11,739 nt of DNA from Archangium sp. (GTDB lineage Bacteria; Myxococcota; Myxococcia; Myxococcales; Myxococcaceae). Shown piece after piece: positions 1-6,205 of the stretch (positions are counted from its first letter, which is position 1; each line of letters opens with the position of its first letter). The DNA lies in assembly GCA_031367385.1 (NCBI GenBank), contig JANLPS010000417.1, positions 1 through 11,739 of the forward strand. The letters run 5' to 3'. Under the pieces are notes generated by a model. The model saw only the letters and a list, made by a program, of their open reading frames with translations, searched no databases and had not been told where the DNA came from. Made by a program: the position numbers and the translations under genes.

Positions 1-62
1 TGCTGAACCTCATCGAGAAGGGCGTGGGGCCCGCGGGCGATGAGGTCGTGCTCCTGGATTGA
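1..62 (+). CDS. 3' end of an unidentified CDS entering the window (…LNLIEKGVGPAGDEVVLLD*)
   Basis: Open frame from base 3 with strongly GC3-biased codons (ctg aac ctc atc gag aag ggc gtg…), ending in TGA at 60-62. Too short to assign a product. Confidence 0.6.
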   Translation, partial: LNLIEKGVGPAGDEVVLLD

Positions 63-64
63 AC

Positions 65-90
65 GTGATGCCTGGGGCGCCAAGCATCAC
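65..90. repeat. Imperfect inverted repeat directly after the partial CDS; possible terminator-like hairpin
   Basis: GTGATGC-c-TGG-ggcg-CCA-a-GCATCAC. The single mismatch is a G:U pair on the minus strand. No U-tract follows. Confidence 0.35.
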
Positions 91-242
91 CGCCTCCACC
101 GCCGGTACGCCTCCACCCACTCAACGCCCTCGGGGGCAACCAGAGGCATCGGGAGGTCGAGGATTGGTACGGTCTGTCGGTGCTGACCGCGCCAGAACGG
201 CCACCTGAGCCACGAATGCCGTCGAGCAAGAGCAAGGGGAGT

Positions 243-264
243 TGTACGTCAGCTGTACGTCAGC
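243..264. repeat. Perfect 11-bp tandem direct repeat (TGTACGTCAGC)x2
   Basis: Copies at 243-253 and 254-264, about 60 bp downstream of the tRNA 3' end. Confidence 0.85.
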
Positions 265-270
265 AGCTGC

Positions 271-298
271 GTTACAGTGCACTCTTCTGCACTGTAAC
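271..298. repeat. Perfect inverted repeat, 11-bp stem and 6-nt loop, downstream of the tRNA
   Basis: GTTACAGTGCA-ctcttc-TGCACTGTAAC. No poly-U follows on the tRNA strand, so it is not a textbook intrinsic terminator. Confidence 0.8.
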
Positions 299-322
299 TC
301 CCTGCAACGACACATATTCAAG

Positions 323-393
323 CTGGGGAACTAGGATTCGAACCTAGATAGCCAGAGTCAGAGTCTGGAGTCCTACCGTTGGACGATTCCCCA
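323..393 (-). tRNA. tRNA-Gln(CUG), 71 nt, CCA end not encoded
   Basis: The reverse complement folds as a cloverleaf: acceptor TGGGGAA/TTCCCCA (U1-A72), D arm GTCC/GGAC, anticodon arm CCAGA-CTCTGAC-TCTGG with anticodon CTG, T arm CTAGG-TTCGAAT-CCTAG, discriminator G. It is followed by CTT rather than CCA. Confidence 0.97.
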
Positions 394-404
394 ATAATTT
401 TGAG

Positions 405-755
405 CTACTTCTTCTTTTTACCACCGCTCGATGCAGCGGGTACCACATAGATGCGAACCTCGTCGTTCGCTTCGTAGATGTTCAGACCTTCCCACGACCC
501 GCGACCTGACGAATTCGCGATGTGTACTGCTTTCACGCCAGGCTGATTCACCACGGCTTTTCGCGGGTACTGCGCCGCGGGGTACACATTCTTGTAGTAC
601 TTCATTGTGCCGTCGAAGTCGGTGCCTGACTTGAACCGGTGCTCTGCAACCTTGCGTGAATTGTCGGGCAACTGAGCCCCGAGCTCCGATTCAGCGAACG
701 CCGTGGCGGTGCCCAACAGAGCGACCACCGCAACGCCGGCGAAGAAGTGCCTCAC
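405..755 (-). CDS. Small exported hypothetical protein, 116 aa, with a Lys-rich C-terminus
   Basis: The GTG at 755 gives a clean signal peptide (MRHFFAGVAVVALLGTATAFA|ES) and avoids overlap with the CPBP gene, unlike the 851 start in the ORF track. Confidence 0.8.
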   Translation of the reverse strand: MRHFFAGVAVVALLGTATAFAESELGAQLPDNSRKVAEHRFKSGTDFDGTMKYYKNVYPAAQYPRKAVVNQPGVKAVHIANSSGRGSWEGLNIYEANDEVRIYVVPAASSGGKKKK

Positions 756-764
756 GCGCCCGGG

Positions 765-793
765 CAGATAGAGCACCCCTCGCACTGCGTCAA
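765..793 (-). promoter_or_regulatory. Putative sigma70-type promoter for the hypothetical gene and tRNA-Gln
   Basis: Minus strand TTGACG-N17-TATCTG. The -35 overlaps the CPBP stop codon and the predicted TSS falls within a few nt of the GTG at 755. Confidence 0.4.
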
Positions 794-1560
794 GCTCCAA
801 GCCCAAACAGCGAGCCGGGTACCGACCAGCAGTCCATCCACACCGCAACAACGCCGTGAATCAGGGCGCCGTACCACATGCTGCGAGTGCGAACCGACAG
901 CACCCCCAAGGCCACGCCGGCGATCACCGCGCCGAGGGTCTCGGGCTCGGCCTTGCCGAAGTGCATGATCACGAACGGAGCCACCTGCACCAGAATCGCC
1001 CCGGTTCGCCCAAACCACGGCAACAGGCCGTGCACCATCCACCCTCGAAAGAGAAACTCCCAGGCGATGAAGTAGGCCAGGTACCCGATCTCGTAGACCA
1101 CGAACAGCGGCAGCGAGGCGCGAAACCCCTCGGGCACCGACAGGTTGTACGCGCTGCTGCCGGCCAGCGGGTAATGGCCCTTGAACGACTCGGTCGTCGA
1201 GGCGTACCAAACGATCGGCAACATGATCGCCAAGAACAGCGCGGCGATCGACAGGCCCTGCCGCCAATCGCCCAGCCCCAGGCCGTACTTCTGGTGAAAG
1301 CTGCCGTTGGTCGCCTTCGAGAGCAGCAGCGGCGCCACCAGGTACAGCACCACGCTCATGCCGAACCAATACTCGTGCGCCAGCACCGCCATCGCGGGGT
1401 GCCCGGCCGCCAGCGCACCGAAGACCTCGTGAAAATACATCGTCGAGCCGTTGTAGTGCGAGATCACCAGCAGCGCGCTCGCTCCACAGATGATCATCGT
1501 CGGCTCGATCAGCAGCGCCGCGAGCTCTTCACGAATGGTCTGAACCAGGCGCCGAATCAC
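790..1560 (-). CDS. CPBP/Abi (Rce1-like, type II CAAX) intramembrane glutamic endopeptidase, 256 aa
   Basis: Multiple hydrophobic helices. Motifs WEFLFRG (variant of EExxxR), FVIMH (FxxxH) and terminal IHGVVAVWMD. GTGA overlap with the gltX stop. Confidence 0.88.
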   Translation of the reverse strand: MIRRLVQTIREELAALLIEPTMIICGASALLVISHYNGSTMYFHEVFGALAAGHPAMAVLAHEYWFGMSVVLYLVAPLLLSKATNGSFHQKYGLGLGDWRQGLSIAALFLAIMLPIVWYASTTESFKGHYPLAGSSAYNLSVPEGFRASLPLFVVYEIGYLAYFIAWEFLFRGWMVHGLLPWFGRTGAILVQVAPFVIMHFGKAEPETLGAVIAGVALGVLSVRTRSMWYGALIHGVVAVWMDCWSVPGSLFGLGA

Positions 1561-3011
1561 GAGAGCGCGGCGTCGATGCGTCGCATGGCTTCTTCACGGC
1601 CGAGCAGCTCGAGCGTGTCTCCGATGCCGGGGCTCACCGTACCGCCGGTCACCGCGACCCGGAGTGGCTGTGCGATCGCGCCCATCTTCGCGCCCGTCGC
1701 CTCGGAGATCACCTTCACGATCGGGTCGAGATCAGCCGCACGCCAAGTCGTCACGCCGAGCAGCGTCTCTCGAATGCGGCCGAGCATCTGCTTGCCTTCG
1801 AGGCCCAGGTGTTTCGCCGCAGCCTCGCCTTCGATGGTGACGCCGCGGGTGTAGTAGGGCTTCACCTTCATCGCCATCTCGACCAGCGTCTTCGAGCGTT
1901 CGCGAAAGCCCATCACGGCCTTCTCGAGCTTCGCGTCGACCACGGCTTCGGGCACTCCGGCGGCGTGCAGAAACGGCAGCACCGCTTCGGCGATCGCCTT
2001 CGGGTCTGACGTCTTGATCCAATGCGCGTTGATCGATGACAGCTTCTCGGGGTTCCACACGCCGTTGGTCTTGCCGACCGCGGTGAAGTCGAAGAGCTCT
2101 TTGAGCTGCGCGACGCTGAACAGCTCGTCGTTGCCATGCCCCCAGCCCAGGCGCGCGATGAAGTTCAAGAGGGCATTGGGCAAGATGCCATTCGCGCGGT
2201 GCAACATCACGTCTGCCTCGGGGTGACGCCGCTTCGACAGCTTCTCGCGATCGGGGCCCAAGATCAGCGGCATGTGCGCGAAGGCCGGGGGTGACCACCC
2301 GAGGGCCTCGTACAACATCAGCTGGGGAAACGTGGAGTTCACGTGCTCGGCGCCACGCGCGACGAGGTTGATCTCCATGTCGTGATCGTCGACCACGCAG
2401 CTGAAGTTGTAGAGGGGGATGCCGTCTTTGCGCAGCAAGACGAAGTCGTCGAAGTCGTCGAACGGCTTGTCGATGCGCTTTTGGACCATGTCGTCGAAGC
2501 CGAACTTGCCTTCGCGGTCGGGCATCTTGAAGCGCACCACGGCCGTGGTCTGGAGCTGCTCCGGCGTGGGTGTCGCGTCACGCCACGGGCTTCGGTACTT
2601 GAACCCGGCCTTGCGAAAGTCATCGCCCTCTTTGAGGCCCTTCGACTCGGCGAACGCTTTGCGTGCGGCGGTGAGCTCTTCTTCGGTCGAGTAATCGCGA
2701 TACGCCTTGCCCTCGGAGATCAGCATCTCGGCGACCTGGGTATACCGGCCGATCTTCTCCATCTGCGTGTAGGGAGGAAACGGCCCGCCAACGCCTGGCC
2801 CTTCGTCCCAGTCGATGCCGAGCCACTGGAGGCCCTGCAAGATCGCTTGCACCGATTCGGGGGTGCTGCGCTCTTGATCGGTGTCTTCGATTCGCAGCAC
2901 GAACACGCCGCCGTTTTTTCGCGCGTACAGCCAGTTGAAGAGGGCCGTGCGGGCCCCGCCGATGTGCAAATACCCGGTCGGCGAAGGAGCGAATCGAACG
3001 CGTGGCATCAT
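1557..3011 (-). CDS. gltX: Glutamate--tRNA ligase (GluRS), about 484 aa
   Basis: RVRFAPSPTGYLHIGG (HIGH-like), LRIEDTD, YNFSCVVDD, KLSKR (KMSKS-like) and a C-terminal anticodon-binding domain (QPLRVAVTG…SP). The start is most likely the ATG at 3011 or 3008, not 3053. Confidence 0.97.
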   Translation of the reverse strand: MMPRVRFAPSPTGYLHIGGARTALFNWLYARKNGGVFVLRIEDTDQERSTPESVQAILQGLQWLGIDWDEGPGVGGPFPPYTQMEKIGRYTQVAEMLISEGKAYRDYSTEEELTAARKAFAESKGLKEGDDFRKAGFKYRSPWRDATPTPEQLQTTAVVRFKMPDREGKFGFDDMVQKRIDKPFDDFDDFVLLRKDGIPLYNFSCVVDDHDMEINLVARGAEHVNSTFPQLMLYEALGWSPPAFAHMPLILGPDREKLSKRRHPEADVMLHRANGILPNALLNFIARLGWGHGNDELFSVAQLKELFDFTAVGKTNGVWNPEKLSSINAHWIKTSDPKAIAEAVLPFLHAAGVPEAVVDAKLEKAVMGFRERSKTLVEMAMKVKPYYTRGVTIEGEAAAKHLGLEGKQMLGRIRETLLGVTTWRAADLDPIVKVISEATGAKMGAIAQPLRVAVTGGTVSPGIGDTLELLGREEAMRRIDAALS

Positions 3012-3040
3012 GCGCGGCGACGTAGCAGCCCTCGAGGCGC

Positions 3041-3061
3041 CTCTCAACCTCACAGAATTTC
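3041..3061 (+). repeat. Copy 1 of a 21-bp imperfect direct repeat CTCTCAAC-N5-AGAATTTC
   Basis: ctctcaac-ctcac-agaatttc; 17/21 identical to 3515-3535. Confidence 0.7.
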
Positions 3062-3119
3062 TGCGGTTTGCGCTATGTCGGCGGCCAGGTGCGAAGGCTC
3101 ATCACTCAGATCGCGTTCG

Positions 3120-3509
3120 GTGCCTGAACTTCGAGAGATCTACATATCGCGTCAGCTCGCCCGCACTGCACAAGGCGACTTCACCGGCTACGCGATTATC
3201 TCGAACAGTGAGCTGCTCGGCGTCGCTGAGAACATCAAGCCCGAGCTCGCGCCCGAACGAACGGCCCAGCTGTTGGCCGCGATCAAGCACCGCATCGAGG
3301 CGTCGTACTTACCCGACGGTCGCCTCCTGCCTGCGCGGCTGCGCAATTCGCTCGCGACACCGGCACCGGAGGGTTCGCAGTGCCAAGCCCACTCGACCGG
3401 CCCCACTTTGATTTGCAGCCGCTGCGGCACCTTCTTCTGCTCGGCATGCGCGAGCCCCGTGAAGAGCCACTGCGCTCCGTGCTTCGAGCCCGCCCTGAAT
3501 GCGCGGTAG
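3120..3509 (+). CDS. Hypothetical protein with a C-terminal B-box-like Cys/His zinc finger, about 129 aa
   Basis: CQAH-x7-CSRCGTFFCSAC-x7-CAPC pattern, typical of myxobacterial CxRCG fingers. Start is GTG 3120 or ATG 3075. The upstream part of the 2343..3509 ORF is a gltX antisense shadow. Confidence 0.7.
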   Translation: MPELREIYISRQLARTAQGDFTGYAIISNSELLGVAENIKPELAPERTAQLLAAIKHRIEASYLPDGRLLPARLRNSLATPAPEGSQCQAHSTGPTLICSRCGTFFCSACASPVKSHCAPCFEPALNAR

Positions 3510-3514
3510 CTGGT

Positions 3515-3535
3515 CTCTCAACTCCTTAGAATTTC
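3515..3535 (+). repeat. Copy 2 of the 21-bp imperfect direct repeat; contains an IHF-like TCAA-N4-TTA
   Basis: ctctcaac-tcctt-agaatttc, starting 5 nt after the Zn-finger stop. Confidence 0.7.
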
Positions 3536-3595
3536 AAAGGAAAGCCCGGCTGCCCCGCTTGCGTTGACCCGCGGTTCGCGTACACAGTGCCGACC

Positions 3596-4168
3596 ATGAA
3601 CCGTCTTGCTCTGGCGCTCACCGCACTGGCCGCCACTCTCGCTTCGGCCACGACCATGCTGGCGCTCGACGTGACGGGGCTCACCTGGGCCTCCGACGCG
3701 GTCATTCGCGGCACCATCGTCAGCGTCGAGCCGCACTGGTCGGGCGACAACGCGCGCATCTTCACCGACGCCGAAGTGCAGGTGACCGAGGTGCTCAAAG
3801 GCCCGTCGTCGCTCAAGACGCTCACCGCGATGCAGCCCGGCGGCGAAATCGGTGACGTCGGCCAGCGAGTGCATGGGGTCGCCACCTTCACGCCCGGCGA
3901 AGAGGTCGTGCTCTTCTTGGAGAAACGCGGCCCCCGCTACACCGTGACCGGCATGGCTCAGGGTAAATTTCGCATCGAGGGCGGTGTCGCCAGCGCGGCG
4001 CCTGATTCCGAGCTCGCGTTGCTCGACCCCACGACGCATCAACCCGTCTCGCGACCGCCACTGTCGATGCCGCTCGAGACGCTCAAGGCGCAGGTCAAGG
4101 CCGCCGTGCTGCAGGCGCCGGTCGAGCCGAAGAGCCCGAAAGTGCCGGGCACTCGGGTGACTCCGTGA
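3596..4168 (+). CDS. Exported beta-rich protein, possible OB-fold (NTR/TIMP-like) protease partner, 190 aa
   Basis: Signal peptide MNRLALALTALAATLASA|TT. Pattern SDAVIRGTIV…VQVTEVLKG…PGG…GEEVVLFL…QGKF, followed by a Pro-rich tail. GTGA overlap with the next gene. The fold call is an inference. Confidence 0.75.
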   Translation: MNRLALALTALAATLASATTMLALDVTGLTWASDAVIRGTIVSVEPHWSGDNARIFTDAEVQVTEVLKGPSSLKTLTAMQPGGEIGDVGQRVHGVATFTPGEEVVLFLEKRGPRYTVTGMAQGKFRIEGGVASAAPDSELALLDPTTHQPVSRPPLSMPLETLKAQVKAAVLQAPVEPKSPKVPGTRVTP

Positions 4169-5004
4169 TCGTCGCGTTCAAGGTCGCGGTCAGCCTGGTG
4201 CTCTCGCAATACATTCGCACCAAGATCGACGAGACCAACCTCAACTCGCAGTGCCTCTGGTGGAAAGACAGCACCGAGATCGTCTTTCACCAGAACGTGC
4301 AGGGTGACCCTGACGTGAGCGGAGACACCGAGTTCGACGCGGTCACCGCCTCATTCGCCACTTGGCAGACGCAATTGAGCGGCTGCGCCAGTCTGAGCTT
4401 GACCCAAGGCGCACGCACCGAGAGTCGCAAGGTCGGCTTCGTCACCGGCGGCCCCAACGAGAACGTCGTCGTGTTTCGACTCAAGAAGTGCACCGACATG
4501 GTCGCCAGCAACGACGCCTGTTGGTCGGCGGGCACCTGCGGCAATAACTACGACTGTTGGGATCATTCGGTCACCGCGATCGCGATCACCAGCACCAGCT
4601 ACACGCCGTCGAGTGGCCGTGATCTCGACTCCGACATCGAGCTCAACTCACCCAGCTTCTTGTTTACGACCGGCATCCCCGTGGTCACCGATGTGCAGAA
4701 CACGGTCACGCACGAGGTCGGGCACGTGCTGGGCCTTGCGCACATCAACCTGGCCGGCTCGACGATGAACGCGCGCGCCGACTCCGGTGAAACTTCGAAG
4801 CGCACCCTCGACGAAGGCTCGAAGCAGTTCGTCTGCGATGCTTACCCGAAGGGCAAGCCCACCAAGACCTGCCAGATACCTGTGTTGACCAGCGGCCTGG
4901 GCACGCCGGCGAAGACGACTGGTGGCTGTTCGTCGGTGCCGGTCGAGTCGCTCTCAGGTCTGGCCGCGCTCGCGTTGGCGTTCAAGAGGCGTTCGCGACG
5001 ATGA
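4165..5004 (+). CDS. Matrixin (M10-like) metzincin metalloprotease with MYXO-CTERM anchor, 279 aa
   Basis: HEVGHVLGLAH (HExxHxxGxxH) and Met-turn STM, with a Cys-rich insert. C-terminus GGCSSVPVESLSGLAALALAFKRRSRR. Resembles the MXAN_2677/2678-type family as I recall it (unverified). Confidence 0.9.
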   Translation: MIVAFKVAVSLVLSQYIRTKIDETNLNSQCLWWKDSTEIVFHQNVQGDPDVSGDTEFDAVTASFATWQTQLSGCASLSLTQGARTESRKVGFVTGGPNENVVVFRLKKCTDMVASNDACWSAGTCGNNYDCWDHSVTAIAITSTSYTPSSGRDLDSDIELNSPSFLFTTGIPVVTDVQNTVTHEVGHVLGLAHINLAGSTMNARADSGETSKRTLDEGSKQFVCDAYPKGKPTKTCQIPVLTSGLGTPAKTTGGCSSVPVESLSGLAALALAFKRRSRR

Positions 5005-5906
5005 CTCGTGTGCTCGTGCTCAGCATGGTGTTGCTCGGCACCAGCGCCTGGTCGCAAGACTTCTTGCGCACCGTCGCCAACACCACCAACACCGAGACTG
5101 AGGTCTGCGTCACCTGGAGCAACCGGCGCATGGTCTACGTCGTCGATTCGGCGGGCAGCGCGCGCACTCCGGCCGAGACCGAGTTTTCGGCCATCACCCA
5201 GGCCTGGGCCACCTGGCAAGTGGTCAGCGACAGCTGCTCAGACTTCACCTTCAGCGGAGGCCCCCGGCAAGACAACGTCTCGGTCGGCAAAGGTACGCAA
5301 GACAGCAACGCCTTGGTCTTTCGCGAGACGACCTGCTCGGCCAACGACCCGTGCCACGACACCCGCACCTGCGCGAACACCTTGCACTGTTGGGACCATG
5401 ACGGCGAGGGCACCATCGCGCTCACCACCGTCACCTACTCGGTGCGAACGGGCATCATTTACGACGCAGACGTCGAGTACAACGCAGCGAGCTTCTTGTT
5501 CACGACCGTCGCGTCGCCGCCTTGCGACATCGATCACCAGTCGGTATCGTGCGCTGCGTACGATGTGCAGAACGTGACTACCCACGAGATTGGTCACGTG
5601 GTCGGCTTCGATCACGTGCTGAACCTCAACTCGACGATGGCCGCCAACGCCAACGTCGGAGACACCCAGAAGCGAATCATCGACTTCGGCACGCAAGACG
5701 GGTTCTGCTCGACGTACCCGAGGGGCCAACCGCCGGTGCCGTGTGACCAATTGGCGCAGATTCAGAGGCGAATCATCGCCAAGAATACGGGCACGTTCGG
5801 CTGCTCGTGCAGTGAGCTCAGCGCGGTGCCTTCGATTCTGGTGATGGCGCTGGTGTCGGTGCGCTTCGCACGGCGACGACGCGCATTCTCGCCGCGACGA
5901 GACTGA
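5001..5906 (+). CDS. Second paralogous matrixin-like metzincin with MYXO-CTERM anchor, 301 aa
   Basis: Signal peptide ending AWS|Q, HEIGHVVGFDH and STM. Shares VFR, CWDH, DVQN and C..YP.G.P motifs with the upstream paralog. C-terminus GCSCS-hydrophobic helix-RRRR. ATGA overlap with the upstream gene. Confidence 0.9.
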   Translation: MTRVLVLSMVLLGTSAWSQDFLRTVANTTNTETEVCVTWSNRRMVYVVDSAGSARTPAETEFSAITQAWATWQVVSDSCSDFTFSGGPRQDNVSVGKGTQDSNALVFRETTCSANDPCHDTRTCANTLHCWDHDGEGTIALTTVTYSVRTGIIYDADVEYNAASFLFTTVASPPCDIDHQSVSCAAYDVQNVTTHEIGHVVGFDHVLNLNSTMAANANVGDTQKRIIDFGTQDGFCSTYPRGQPPVPCDQLAQIQRRIIAKNTGTFGCSCSELSAVPSILVMALVSVRFARRRRAFSPRRD

Positions 5907-6205
5907 GTGAGCGTTTTCGAGGCGTCGCGTGCTTCTCTTGATGGCGACGTGCTCGCGGTCGGCGACAACGGCGTGGCGATCATCATGCGCAGCGGCGCCC
6001 CTTCGTTCAGTTCGATGCTTGCCCCATCAGAGCGAAGACTCTCTGCGCACGCTCACCAGCACGAGCATCACGCCTGCGACAAAGTGCCGGTTCGCACCGG
6101 CGTTCAATTCAACGGCATCGGCGAGAAGAAGGCGGTATCGCGGAGCCCATGAATCTTTGAAATGCCAGGTTGACGACCGTCGGCGAGCGGGCCAGATAGC
6201 TCGCA

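Noticed and set aside
56..120. Integron attC site after the partial CDS
   Set aside because: No matching RYYYAAC/GTTRRRY core pair flanks the hairpin.
121..321. 66-aa minus-strand ORF downstream of the tRNA
   Set aside because: Runs through the repeat and hairpin elements, has no RBS and shows no motif.
856..1854. 332-aa plus-strand ORF, and similar long ORFs at 752..1369, 1732..2298, 7457..8179 and 8697..9965
   Set aside because: Antisense or off-frame shadows of well-supported genes, expected in high-GC DNA, with no recognisable motifs.
2343..3074. N-terminal two-thirds of the 388-aa ORF
   Set aside because: Antisense to gltX; only the part after about 3075-3120 looks like a real gene.
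3559..3590. Sigma70 promoter TTGACC…TACACA before the protease operon
   Set aside because: The spacing is only 11 nt, and the alternative TTGCGT-N16-TACACA is too weak to call.
5990..6205. Cobalamin riboswitch ahead of the TonB receptor (BtuB hypothesis)
   Set aside because: No recognisable B12-box or conserved riboswitch core by eye, and the adjacent hmuY favours heme. An Rfam scan would settle it.
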